Part shown: positions 27,784 through 37,233 of the stretch, piece after piece
Layout of the letters: every line of letters begins with the position of its first letter
Numbering within the stretch: the first letter of the stretch is position 1
Assembly: GCA_017609605.1 (NCBI GenBank)
Contig: JAFCDO010000002.1
Coordinates: 9,369 to 73,368 of the forward strand
DNA length: 64,000 nt
DNA from: Candidatus Parvarchaeota archaeon
GTDB lineage: Archaea; Nanobdellota; Nanobdellia; JAAOXT01
Direction of reading: 5' to 3'
Notes under the pieces: model-generated
Seen by the model: the letters and a program-made list of their open reading frames with translations, nothing else
What the model was told of the DNA's origin: nothing
The model's database searches: none
Translations under genes and position numbers: made by a program

Positions 27784-28278
27784 GTGAAACTCGTGCAGAA
27801 AACAATGAGGTATTATGATGCGATTAGTTCTTCTTATAATCGTCTTTATGGGGTTGAGCAGGGGAAAAAGTGGGGTTTCGTGAAAGAACGGGTTAGGGTT
27901 TGTGGTCGCGTGCTTGATTTGGGTTGCGGCACTGGTTTCCTGCTTCGCGAGCTTAACGCGGTGGGTTTGGATTTGAGCAAAGCAATGCTTTTGCGTGCGA
28001 GTGGAAAAAGGTTTTGCGGGGACGCTCATTCACTCCCGTTCAGGGATAATGTTTTTGATTGGGTTGTCAGTCTTTCATTGCTTCAGGACGTGCCCGATCC
28101 CGAAAGAGTGGTTCGCGAGGCGAGACGGGTTGGCGGGAACTTGGTTTTCAGCGTGCTTAAGAAGAATTGGTCTAAAGAGCGCTTAGCGCGACTGGGTTTT
28201 GAAAAAATTTGGGAAGAAAAAAAAGATTGGATTGGTTTTACACGAGCGCGCCCATCATCCCCGTCTTCCAAGCGGTGA
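27784..28278 (+). CDS. class I SAM-dependent methyltransferase
   Basis: Motif I VLDLGCGTGFLL. Start and end are uncertain; the 3' end overlaps a minus-strand small ORF. Confidence 0.6.
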   Translation: MKLVQKTMRYYDAISSSYNRLYGVEQGKKWGFVKERVRVCGRVLDLGCGTGFLLRELNAVGLDLSKAMLLRASGKRFCGDAHSLPFRDNVFDWVVSLSLLQDVPDPERVVREARRVGGNLVFSVLKKNWSKERLARLGFEKIWEEKKDWIGFTRARPSSPSSKR

Positions 28279-28495
28279 AAGCGTTTATCCACGTGCCGCC
28301 GATTAAAAGTTCTATGAGCTTGTAGGCTAGGCTGAACACGATTATTAGCATTCCTAGTTTTCTTACGTCATCTCTTTTATCGTTGAGTAGTACGTAGAAC
28401 CCGACTATTCCTAGGACGCCTAGGCTTAGGAAAACTGCTATGTAGAATATTGCCGTGTATAATGGTCTGTCTTTGAATATTCCTGCCATGAACAA
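28238..28495 (-). CDS. small two-TM membrane protein, hypothetical
   Basis: 85 aa with two hydrophobic helices. Confidence 0.35.
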   Translation of the reverse strand: MFMAGIFKDRPLYTAIFYIAVFLSLGVLGIVGFYVLLNDKRDDVRKLGMLIIVFSLAYKLIELLIGGTWINAFTAWKTGMMGALV

Positions 28496-28608
28496 GTTAT
28501 TTGTTTTTCCATGTTTTTATAGTTTTAGACCAGCGACCTCTTCCTCGCAAAGACCAGATATTTGTTTTTGTTTTAAGAATTAATCTCTTGTTAAGAAACA
28601 AAAAATTT

Positions 28609-28809
28609 TTATTTGACTTCCTTTTCTTCGCCTTGTGTTTTTTTTACAGGTTTTTTCTTCACCGTTTTTTTAACTTCTTCTTTCTTAACGTCTTTTTCCC
28701 ATATCCTAATCTTTTGTTTGGACCTGCCCCTAGACTGTCTCTTATTCTCTCCCAACTTCTTTCTCAGTCTTCGAGCGTCTTTAATTCGTTTTCTCCAATG
28801 AAAAGTCAT
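28609..28809 (-). CDS. small highly basic protein; possible L41e-like ribosomal protein with K/E tail
   Basis: 66 aa. The N-terminus MTFHWRKRIKDARRLRKKLGENKRQSRGRSK loosely resembles L41e ([25 protein letters not shown]), followed by a KKEEVKK tail. Confidence 0.3.
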   Translation of the reverse strand: MTFHWRKRIKDARRLRKKLGENKRQSRGRSKQKIRIWEKDVKKEEVKKTVKKKPVKKTQGEEKEVK

Positions 28810-28868
28810 GATAAATCACTCTCTCAAAATGATGATTTATAAAAGTTTAGGTTTAAACAGGCTTTGCT

Positions 28869-29600
28869 TTACTCTAGAACTCTTTGCAGTTGAGTTATCA
28901 TGGTCGCGTTGAGACTTGTTTTCACTAACTGTCTGGTCGTTAGCGAGGGTTTGACCTTCTCGAGCAAGTAAAAATTCTTGAAACCGTCAGGAAAACACTT
29001 GAGAACGCGAAAACCATGATCTTCCAAAATTGTTTCAACCGGGACCTCAATCAAATCTTTAATCTTCTCGCAAACCATTCCAAACCCAGCAGAATAACGC
29101 TTCAAACCAGAAGCCTCTTCTACTATCTCCTTCAACTCTTTCAAATCATTTGGGAGCATTCCAAGAGACGGGTGCAACGGCCCCAAAACACAATTATCCC
29201 CAGTCACGCGGCTTAACTCCCCCAAAATATTATAGCCCATTTCTTGAGCCAAAACCCAGTCAAAAACGTCAAAACATGACGTCAAATCCGAGAACTCATC
29301 AGGAAATGGTAACTGCCTAGCATCCGCTTGAACATAACATAAATTAACAGGACTGTACACCTTGCTTAACTTAACATCGCTCGCGACAAAAAAAGAGTCC
29401 GGGTTAGCCAAAGCCACGCTAACCAAATAATTCGCGCTGCCCGAACCCACGTCTAAAACCACGCTTGGCCCTAACTCTTCAATTAACTCTTCTAATAATT
29501 GTCTGCGATGCCTAGCCGGAAACATAAAAAAACAAAAGGCGCGATGGTTTTTAAAACCGTCGAAAACCATACCAAAACCTTTTTTTGTAAGTAAAAACAT
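28869..29600 (-). CDS. SAM-dependent methyltransferase-like protein
   Basis: VVLDVGSGSANYLVSVALANPDSFFVASDV is a motif-I-like segment (TrmB-like spacing). 243 aa. Confidence 0.5.
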   Translation of the reverse strand: MFLLTKKGFGMVFDGFKNHRAFCFFMFPARHRRQLLEELIEELGPSVVLDVGSGSANYLVSVALANPDSFFVASDVKLSKVYSPVNLCYVQADARQLPFPDEFSDLTSCFDVFDWVLAQEMGYNILGELSRVTGDNCVLGPLHPSLGMLPNDLKELKEIVEEASGLKRYSAGFGMVCEKIKDLIEVPVETILEDHGFRVLKCFPDGFKNFYLLEKVKPSLTTRQLVKTSLNATMITQLQRVLE

Positions 29601-29613
29601 AATTCAAAGCTTA

Positions 29614-30153
29614 ATGGTTGAACGACCTATTCGCGAAAACCCTTGGGACGAAGACTTCGAGCCCAAAGAAAAGCCACAACTCTCTGAACAGCAACTCAAA
29701 GAACTGGACGAAAAATCGGAAAAAGTCAAGAAAGGCGTGCTATACCTAGCAATCATAATCGTGGCAAGCTTCGCCATAGGTTTCGTGATAATAATGAATT
29801 TCTTAGGACCCATTAGCTGCCCTTCAGGAAGCACCATAGTGGGAAGTCCTGGAAGCGCTGACAGTTACTGCATAGACAACAATAGGTTCAACAACGGGCA
29901 AAAAGTGCTTTACAAACAAGCAATCGCTCTGTGCTCGCGCGCAAGTAAATCTCTGTGCACTGACGTGCAGCACGCGAATGGCTGTGAAGTTTTATTAAAC
30001 GTCACCGAAAACAATGAACCAGATGAAGTTGATCAAACAGGGGAGTGGGTGTTCACCGAAGGTTTTGGCAATATAGTGCAAGGAATCGGTTCCTGTAGCG
30101 CGAAAATCGTGGCGTCAGACGTTGCGGAAAAACCTTTCAGGTGCTGTAAGTAA
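29614..30153 (+). CDS. Cys-rich membrane-anchored protein, hypothetical
   Basis: An N-terminal charged region, a TM helix (GVLYLAIIIVASFAIGFVIIMNFL), then a Cys-rich ectodomain. Confidence 0.4.
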   Translation: MVERPIRENPWDEDFEPKEKPQLSEQQLKELDEKSEKVKKGVLYLAIIIVASFAIGFVIIMNFLGPISCPSGSTIVGSPGSADSYCIDNNRFNNGQKVLYKQAIALCSRASKSLCTDVQHANGCEVLLNVTENNEPDEVDQTGEWVFTEGFGNIVQGIGSCSAKIVASDVAEKPFRCCK

Positions 30154-30913
30154 GCGTCAAAAAACTGTCCAGCAACTTGTTAAAACGCTTAAAAGACTGG
30201 AAAGGAAGCATGTGACCAGCCTTCTTCAAAACCACGAGTTGAGAGTCTTTAATGAGTTTGTGCATGAGTTCTGCCTGACTTTTAGGAACCCAGTCATCTT
30301 CTCCATAAACAATTAAAGCAGGGACACTAATTCTTTTAACCATTTTAGTCAAATCGGTGTTTAACACTTCAAGAACCAGTTGAATTTTTGCCTCTATAGC
30401 AGTATTAAAAACAATTTTGCTCAACAATTTGCGGTCACGCCAAGAAATGTCAGCCAAAGTCTTATTAGGATTTATCTTAATCTTCTTACCTAATAATTTC
30501 TTCAACATGCTTACTTCAAAATCGGTCAAAGCCCTCTTCATAAAATCATTCATGATCTTCGGATTGGTCTTCACAACAGTGCTTACTACCACAATAGATT
30601 TAACCGAGTGCGGGTGCTTGGCGGCCAACATCAAGCTGATAATCCCTCCAAGAGATACTCCGACCACGACGGGCTTAACGCCAAGTTTCTTTATGAGTTT
30701 GTGAACGTCCTCAACTATTTTTTCCAAAGTGTAAACGTAACTTCTTGGTTTATCTGACTTGCCATGACCTCTCAAATCAATGCTTATCACTTTATAATTC
30801 TTGGAAAAGAACGGGACTTGCCTCTTCCACGTTATAGTGGACCCGCCATACCCGTGAATGAAAAGAACGGGCTGTCCCCTTCCTTTAACCTCATAATGAA
30901 TCTTAATACCCAT
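30137..30913 (-). CDS. alpha/beta-fold hydrolase
   Basis: HGYGGS…GHGKSDKP and the nucleophile elbow GVSLGG; 258 aa. Confidence 0.7.
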   Translation of the reverse strand: MGIKIHYEVKGRGQPVLFIHGYGGSTITWKRQVPFFSKNYKVISIDLRGHGKSDKPRSYVYTLEKIVEDVHKLIKKLGVKPVVVGVSLGGIISLMLAAKHPHSVKSIVVVSTVVKTNPKIMNDFMKRALTDFEVSMLKKLLGKKIKINPNKTLADISWRDRKLLSKIVFNTAIEAKIQLVLEVLNTDLTKMVKRISVPALIVYGEDDWVPKSQAELMHKLIKDSQLVVLKKAGHMLPFQSFKRFNKLLDSFLTLTYST

Positions 30914-30981
30914 GCACCCGATTAATGGTACTCAGGATTTAATAAAACTTTATAACCCAAACCCTCCTCACAATTTTTTGA

Positions 30982-31902
30982 ATGAACATTCTTGAAGCGC
31001 TAGAACAATACCTGAAGCTATGCGAAGAAGCGGAAAACACGCCTGTTCCAAAGCTTGATTTCAAACCAAAAAACGTGGTAATATGCGGGATGGGTGGAAG
31101 CGGGCTTGTAGGCAAAACCGCTAAAAGAATATTAGAAAATTCTTATGACAAACCCATAGTCCTTGTTAATTCGTACGACTTGCCAGCATTCGCGGATCAA
31201 AACACGTTAGTAATATGTGTTAGTTACTCAGGAAACACTGAAGAAACAGTCAGCGCGTTCAAACAAGCACTTGACAAGAAATGCAAAGTCGTGACCATAA
31301 GCTCTGGAGGAACTCTTTCACTGGAAAGCCCTGAAAACATTGCGGTCAAACCAGGCTTGCAGCCCCGCGCGGCCCTTCCACTAATGCTCATACCTTTACT
31401 AAAAATGTTAGGGCACGAGGAAAGAGTTGATTTTGAAGCACTAAAAAAAGCTCGTGACGGGGCAAAAGAGATTTCGCGAAAACTTTTGGGAAAAAACGTG
31501 ATTATCTACTCTTCAGGATACTTGTCAAGCGTTGCCACGGGTTTCAAGTCACAACTCAACGAGAACGCGAAAAGCCAGGCCAAAGATGAAGAACTCCCTG
31601 AAATGAATCACAACGAGATAAGCGCTTGGGAAACACCCAACCCTAATTCGCAAGTCGTGTTCGTTACAGGGAACGAATCCGAAAGGATGAAGCAAAGATT
31701 TCAAAAAACAAAGGAATTCCTGGAAAGAGTTGGCCAAGAAATCATAGAAATACGCGCGATTGGAGGTAACCAACTAACAAAAGCGTTGTTCGTGAACCTG
31801 AAAGGCGGATGGATAAGCCACGAACTCGCCAACTTAAAAGGAATTGACTCCACTGAAATCAAGCTAATCAAAGAATTAAAAGATTCTCTCAAGAAAGCAT
31901 GA
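30982..31902 (+). CDS. SIS-domain sugar-phosphate isomerase (bifunctional PGI/PMI-like)
   Basis: VICGMGGSGLVGK…VSYSGNTEET SIS motifs; ~300 aa as in archaeal PGI/PMI. Confidence 0.55.
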   Translation: MNILEALEQYLKLCEEAENTPVPKLDFKPKNVVICGMGGSGLVGKTAKRILENSYDKPIVLVNSYDLPAFADQNTLVICVSYSGNTEETVSAFKQALDKKCKVVTISSGGTLSLESPENIAVKPGLQPRAALPLMLIPLLKMLGHEERVDFEALKKARDGAKEISRKLLGKNVIIYSSGYLSSVATGFKSQLNENAKSQAKDEELPEMNHNEISAWETPNPNSQVVFVTGNESERMKQRFQKTKEFLERVGQEIIEIRAIGGNQLTKALFVNLKGGWISHELANLKGIDSTEIKLIKELKDSLKKA

Positions 31903-32737
31903 CCTTGGATAATTGTTCCAATCTTTTCTTATCAGGAATGGAATGACGGTACAACTCCCAAAACACTTTCTGAAGCCAATCCACCCACTCCTCATCAAAA
32001 ATGTCGTAAAAAATTCGGACGTTCTTCCTCAACTCGCCCTCCTTATAATCTTTCACAAACTTATTGTCCACGAAACGAGCCATCCTATCATCAAACACGA
32101 AACCTCGCAAAGGCTGGCGGCAATGCCTGACCTCCACGCTCCCCTTACCCACTTCCTCGCACAACTTCTTCAAACGGTCAATGTTCTTCAAAGAAGCTAC
32201 GTCAACCCTGCACAAAACCTTCACTCGAACCCCTCGCTCAAACAAGTCGCGCAACTCGTCAACAACACCCTTACCTTTTTCAACCATGTTAATCCAAGAA
32301 ATGTTCCCTGAAAAACTGTACAACTCTTTCTCCACCTGTCGCAGTAAAGGAATAAGGCCTTGCTTCTCACTCTTCAAAACCTCCTTATACTCTTCGATAA
32401 AAGATTTTTTCTTATTGTCAGGCGCGTACTGATACACGTCAAAAGGGTCAAAATCCGTCTTGACTTTACCGAACTTAATGTTTTCAAACAAGTTCTTACG
32501 AATATCGTCGTTCTCAATGGATTCAGAATAATTCCAGTAAACAATTTTCAACGCGCCCCGAGTTCCTCCCCTAAACTTCTTCACGTTAATCAAACCCGTT
32601 TTATCCTTAATTTTCTTAACATACGAATCGGCAGTCAACCAGCTTTTGCCAATAAAAATAGCTATGTCCTGAATGGTTCTAGGCTCTCCTTTAACAAAAA
32701 CCAGAATCTTGTCCTCGTCATCTTGAGATAAAACCAT
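31889..32737 (-). CDS. hypothetical protein with N-terminal winged-helix (TrmB-like regulator candidate)
   Basis: The N-terminal ~70 aa are wHTH-like (…TIQDIAIFIGKSWLTADSYVKKIKDKTGLI…) followed by a larger C-terminal domain. Confidence 0.4.
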   Translation of the reverse strand: MVLSQDDEDKILVFVKGEPRTIQDIAIFIGKSWLTADSYVKKIKDKTGLINVKKFRGGTRGALKIVYWNYSESIENDDIRKNLFENIKFGKVKTDFDPFDVYQYAPDNKKKSFIEEYKEVLKSEKQGLIPLLRQVEKELYSFSGNISWINMVEKGKGVVDELRDLFERGVRVKVLCRVDVASLKNIDRLKKLCEEVGKGSVEVRHCRQPLRGFVFDDRMARFVDNKFVKDYKEGELRKNVRIFYDIFDEEWVDWLQKVFWELYRHSIPDKKRLEQLSKVMLS

Positions 32738-32841
32738 TCCCGAAAAAATCAGAGATTCTCAACATTTAAAAGCATTATCGTAGGGTGTTATAGTTTTTCT
32801 ATCATTTAGTTATAATAAAACTAAAACTGTATTACTATTTT

Positions 32842-34029
32842 ATGAGCAAAACTTTCTCAATGGTCAACGAGAACGTGTGCATTCGGCTCAAACTTTTCGG
32901 AGAAGAAGTCAGACAACTTTTAGAAAAGAATGGCTGGCAAGAAAAAAAAGTCGGAGAAGCGAGCAGGGTCTTCATGAATTCTTGTAACTTCCTTGAAAGA
33001 ATTGAGCAGAAAACGCTTGAACGAATCAAAAAAACAAACCAGTCCCTGCGAGAAGATCAAGAACTAATAGTTTTCGGATGCCTGCCAGTCACTGCAAAAA
33101 ATAAGTTAAAAAAAGTTCATTCTGGCGGCTACGCCGCTGGCTCAAGTCTTGAACGCTTCGCAAAAAGGATTGGATTAAAAATGTATTCCATAAAACCCGG
33201 TCACGTGGTGAAGCGCAAACAAAACCTTACGTGCAAAACCATTAAATGGTTCAACAGGTTTTTTCTCAAGGACGCTTACTTTACTTACTTGTACGATAAA
33301 TGTAAGGTCTTCCACTTAAAGATTAGTGACGGGTGTTTGGGCAAATGCACTTTCTGCTCTGAACGATTCGCTCGAGGAGAACTCAAAAGCAAGCCAGTAA
33401 AGAAAGTGATTGAAGAATTCAAAAAAGGACTTTCCAAAGGTTACAAAGTTTTCTCGTTGAACGCGGACGACACTGGAGTCTATGGTTGGGATAACGACGA
33501 GACCATTGTTGAACTGTTAGACTCTCTTCTTTCACATGACCAAAAATTTCACTTAGTTATCACAGAGTTCAATCCTTTAGCACTCGAAAGATTTGATGAA
33601 CTGGAAGAACTGTTAAACTCAAAAAAAATTGCTTTAATCACTGTTCCCATCCAGAGCGGAAGCAAAAAAATACTGAAAAAAATGGGTAGGGATTATACTC
33701 CTAAAATAATCGTGAAAAAATTGAACTCTATTCGTGACAAAAATCCGAATCTAAAGTTCAACACTCACGTGATAGTCGGCTTTCCAGGAGAAACGAGGCG
33801 AGACTTTGAAAAAACAATGCGATTATTTGATGAAGTGATATTTGATAAAGCAAAAATTTTTCAGTACTCCGAAAGGCCCGGGACTCCCGCGTCAAGAATG
33901 AACGGAAAGGTTTGTGAACGCGTTAAACTGGAAAGACAAAAAAAACTCAAGCAAAAAATTGTGAGGAGGTGCGTTAAGCAACTGGATTTGAAAAGCTTGT
34001 TGCTCAACACTGTTTCACCACAGAATTGA
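32842..34029 (+). CDS. MiaB/RimO-family radical-SAM methylthiotransferase (MtaB-like)
   Basis: Three N-terminal Cys (VCIRL, NSCNF, FGCLP) form the MTTase domain, and CLGKCTFC is the CxxxCxxC radical-SAM motif. 395 aa. Confidence 0.65.
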   Translation: MSKTFSMVNENVCIRLKLFGEEVRQLLEKNGWQEKKVGEASRVFMNSCNFLERIEQKTLERIKKTNQSLREDQELIVFGCLPVTAKNKLKKVHSGGYAAGSSLERFAKRIGLKMYSIKPGHVVKRKQNLTCKTIKWFNRFFLKDAYFTYLYDKCKVFHLKISDGCLGKCTFCSERFARGELKSKPVKKVIEEFKKGLSKGYKVFSLNADDTGVYGWDNDETIVELLDSLLSHDQKFHLVITEFNPLALERFDELEELLNSKKIALITVPIQSGSKKILKKMGRDYTPKIIVKKLNSIRDKNPNLKFNTHVIVGFPGETRRDFEKTMRLFDEVIFDKAKIFQYSERPGTPASRMNGKVCERVKLERQKKLKQKIVRRCVKQLDLKSLLLNTVSPQN

Positions 34030-34032
34030 AAA

Positions 34033-34623
34033 ATGGTTGTAGTGTTCATCAATGGAATACCTGGAACAGGGAAGACGACTGTCGCTCACAAGCTCGCCGC
34101 CAAGCTAGCGGTTGAAGAAATCATTCAAACAGATTTTCTCAAACAAGTCTTCCGTTACTTAGAACACGACGAGCACGCGTACATGGCATCTCACCAGGCG
34201 TGGAGGTTGTTCGGGAAAAAAACGCGAGAAAACGTGTTGAAAGGATTTGAATATTGCGTGGACTTCTTCGAACCATGGATTGTGGGATTGGCGAACTTAT
34301 CGCGACAAAGATTGCAAACAGTAATCGTTGAAGGAGTCCAAGCCACCCCCAAAGTCTTTCAAAAAATCGTAGGAGAAAAAATTGGGTTCTTTCTGGTGAA
34401 CGATGAAAAAACCCATCGTTCACGCCTGCACTCAAAAAACAGGAAAAGAACGAACCCTCACAACCTTTTCACAGAACATTACGATGTAATCCAAATCATC
34501 AACCAACACCTGACCAAGCAGGCCAAAAAAAACGGTTTTATCATAATCAAAAATAATGACTCGAATCAAACAGCGAAAAAAATTGTGGAGGAACTGAATG
34601 GACTGCGATTACGTTCAACTTGA
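34033..34623 (+). CDS. P-loop NTPase/kinase (2-phosphoglycerate-kinase-like / AAA_33-like)
   Basis: Walker A GIPGTGKTTVAHKLA followed by …EIIQTDFLKQVF…; 196 aa. Confidence 0.5.
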   Translation: MVVVFINGIPGTGKTTVAHKLAAKLAVEEIIQTDFLKQVFRYLEHDEHAYMASHQAWRLFGKKTRENVLKGFEYCVDFFEPWIVGLANLSRQRLQTVIVEGVQATPKVFQKIVGEKIGFFLVNDEKTHRSRLHSKNRKRTNPHNLFTEHYDVIQIINQHLTKQAKKNGFIIIKNNDSNQTAKKIVEELNGLRLRST

Positions 34624-35437
34624 TGACCATAGCTTTTGGATACTTCACGGCTACTGGAACATGATTGGAACCCAAGTTTTTAAACTTGGAAATGAGAGGT
34701 TTAACCCGTTGACTAGAAAACATTACGATAAAGTCAGTTCCAGATTCATTACTGAAGAAATTAATTCTTCTTCAATTGTTAACAGGTTTTGTCCAAAAAA
34801 ATGTTTTAGGAAGAAAAAAAATTCTTTGCAAGGCGTGTGGAAAAAAATAGGGAACGCTCTTTCCAAGATTGTTGGAGAGGATAACGTAGGGATCATGGGT
34901 TCCACGCTTATCGGTTTTCCCTTAAAAAAAGACGTGGATTTCATTGTTTACGGCAAAAAGAATTGTGCAAAGATTCAGAGGAACATTGATTGGGTTAAGG
35001 GTTTTGTCGGGGCTTCAGAGATTAGTAATGACCACGTGAAGTACCAGGTTAAAAAGTATGGAAGTTTTCACAATACGAGTATTAACTCGTTTCAGGAATT
35101 GTTAAGGAATAAGTGGTCTTCCTTACAAATAGATAAAGGGATTTTATCAACGATTCGTTTCGCGTACAAAGAAAAAGAGTTTCCAGAGAACCCGTGGCAA
35201 AACCCTTCTGAGGGTTTGACAACCGTGTCCGGTGTCGTGGTTGATGCTTTTGGAACGAGTTTTTGCCCAAGAACTTTTATTATAAGGAACTCAAAGGGTT
35301 TAGTGAAAATAGCTTCTTATTTTTGGGCTTATCATCAGTGCGTTAAAAAAGGGGATAAGGTTTTCGTGACTGGAAACAAGCGAGAGGGTTTCGTGACAGT
35401 TGACACGCCTCACCATGGAATTAAAGTTTTAGCATAG
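34598..35437 (+). CDS. hypothetical protein with minimal nucleotidyltransferase-like motif
   Basis: GSTLIGFPLKKDVDFIVYG resembles G[SG]x9-13DxD of Pol-beta-type NTases. The ORF start overlaps the upstream gene by 26 nt, so the true start may be internal. Confidence 0.4.
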   Translation: MDCDYVQLDDHSFWILHGYWNMIGTQVFKLGNERFNPLTRKHYDKVSSRFITEEINSSSIVNRFCPKKCFRKKKNSLQGVWKKIGNALSKIVGEDNVGIMGSTLIGFPLKKDVDFIVYGKKNCAKIQRNIDWVKGFVGASEISNDHVKYQVKKYGSFHNTSINSFQELLRNKWSSLQIDKGILSTIRFAYKEKEFPENPWQNPSEGLTTVSGVVVDAFGTSFCPRTFIIRNSKGLVKIASYFWAYHQCVKKGDKVFVTGNKREGFVTVDTPHHGIKVLA

Positions 35438-35722
35438 AAAAGTTTCTAATAATTTTTTACCCGTTTCCGTGAGTGCGTAAGCTCTTTTTATGATTCCTTG
35501 CTCAAGTTTTGATTTTTGTTCAAGCAATCCTCTGCCAATTGAGTTCAGAATAAAAATGCGGGATTTATGGTTCGAGTCATCAATTCCTATCAGCTCTTCG
35601 CTTGACAATAATTGTTCGAAAAGGGTTCTACTCAGAGTTCCTTCCTGCAAATCATAAGGGTTACCATACAGTATTTTAGATAAAATTTCCCAACCCCCTC
35701 CCACTAATAATAATAAATTCAA
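35429..35722 (-). CDS. hypothetical small protein (possible wHTH)
   Basis: 97 aa; no firm motif. Confidence 0.35.
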   Translation of the reverse strand: MNLLLLVGGGWEILSKILYGNPYDLQEGTLSRTLFEQLLSSEELIGIDDSNHKSRIFILNSIGRGLLEQKSKLEQGIIKRAYALTETGKKLLETFLC

Positions 35723-35748
35723 TATTTTTTAATAAAGACTCTTATATT

Positions 35749-36129
35749 TCAAAGAATGTATTCCAAAAAATCTTTGCCCAACGCGTTTAGTCTAAAAGAA
35801 GGATCAGATCTTGGCGGACGTCCTTTAATTCTCGTGATTACTGAACCTTTTTCTATTAAAGTTATGTCTTCCAGTTTTCCTATCACTTTTTTAACTTTGT
35901 CTTCAAGAACATTACAAGAATCTGCAATAACAGACAAATCCTGAAAATCTTCCTGTTCATTCATATAATCAACTATTTGTTTCACGACTCCCAATTCAAT
36001 TCCTATACCTATGTACTTGGCAAAAAGTTTTTTAAGAACAGGGCTCCAAAGCTCTTTGACTTTATCGTTCAAACTACTTGGTTCATGTAAAACATGATAA
36101 CCTCCTCCATCCCCTCCTCCTTCTCCCAT
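35749..36129 (-). CDS. hypothetical protein (possible winged-helix regulator)
   Basis: 126 aa; the C-terminus …KVIGKLEDITLIEKGSVITRIKGRPP… is wHTH-like. Confidence 0.35.
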   Translation of the reverse strand: MGEGGGDGGGYHVLHEPSSLNDKVKELWSPVLKKLFAKYIGIGIELGVVKQIVDYMNEQEDFQDLSVIADSCNVLEDKVKKVIGKLEDITLIEKGSVITRIKGRPPRSDPSFRLNALGKDFLEYIL

Positions 36130-36210
36130 AAAAAATATTACTCCTTATTTACTTAAATTTCTTTCTCTAGTTTCGAAAGTAATATAAATACTTATTGTTA
36201 TTATTACACT

Positions 36211-37233
36211 ATGGATTTTATTGTCGAAGGTCTTGGCAAAATCAGAGTTAAAGATTCCATGAGTCCTGACTCGTATGACCATTATTATAACTCTTCTTGC
36301 AATGGCGGTTGGAGGGTTAGTTATCCTGTCAGAAAAATCGACAAAGGAGTTTTCTTCTCTCAGCGGGGTAAAGTCAAGAGTTTTGAGGACAAGGTTCCTA
36401 TCGGTTTCAAGCATTTCCCGGACATTGAAAAGGATTTGAAAACTGTTTATCATGTTGGGGAGGTTTGGCATTTGGAAATCGCGGAGTCGTATTGTCCTGA
36501 TGGTTGGAGTGCTTTCAAAGGGTTGGGGGAACAATTAAGGGACGACCAGAGTTTCGTCAGTTCTCAGCAGAGAATCAATCTTCGGATTTTTCACGCGGTT
36601 CCAAACGAACTCGTTGAAATGGTGAAGTCTGACGCGGGTTCAAGATTGAATTATTATGGTCACTTTGATTCCGAGTCCGAATTAGAACCTGAAAGGCCCA
36701 CTCTTGAATCTCTTGGAGAGCTTGAGCCTTATTTTGTTTCAAATCTGGTTCTTGGCAGGATTGGGATGGTTAGAGGGGATGACATGGTTGATTTCGCTAA
36801 AACCATTCACGATGAGAAGAGTTTCACGCTGGGGCACAGTAATTATACTTTTCTGCTTGCTGGGCTAACGACTTACCCACTTATTAGAAGCAAAATGGGA
36901 GGTATGATTAAGTGGATTGACCTGTCCGATGCCGAAAAGATATTCAAAAAGTATTTTGATGAAGAGATTTCTGAAGAATCTTTAAGGATTGGTTTGAAGT
37001 GTATGGGTCACATGGGAGGTTTTTGGGGAGGGTTTGAAAATCAACGCCCGGAAAGAGTTGTTGGTTTAGACTGGTTGCTTGACAAGCAAGCTAGTTTAGA
37101 TAACATTGAGAAAGCGTTGAGTCACTGGGAAAAGGTTGAATCGAAGCACAATCGTTTTCACGGTCCAGGGGACATGGTCGTTGCTTTAAAGAAAGTTAAG
37201 GATAGGGTTGAAGCAATCCCACTAAAAGATTAA
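36211..37233 (+). CDS. hypothetical protein
   Basis: 340 aa, no motif recognised. Confidence 0.45.
   Translation: MDFIVEGLGKIRVKDSMSPDSYDHYYNSSCNGGWRVSYPVRKIDKGVFFSQRGKVKSFEDKVPIGFKHFPDIEKDLKTVYHVGEVWHLEIAESYCPDGWSAFKGLGEQLRDDQSFVSSQQRINLRIFHAVPNELVEMVKSDAGSRLNYYGHFDSESELEPERPTLESLGELEPYFVSNLVLGRIGMVRGDDMVDFAKTIHDEKSFTLGHSNYTFLLAGLTTYPLIRSKMGGMIKWIDLSDAEKIFKKYFDEEISEESLRIGLKCMGHMGGFWGGFENQRPERVVGLDWLLDKQASLDNIEKALSHWEKVESKHNRFHGPGDMVVALKKVKDRVEAIPLKD

Noticed and set aside
27757-28029. 90-aa minus-strand ORF upstream of archease
   Set aside because: It overlaps the plus-strand SAM-methyltransferase gene, which has a clear motif I. It is probably spurious.
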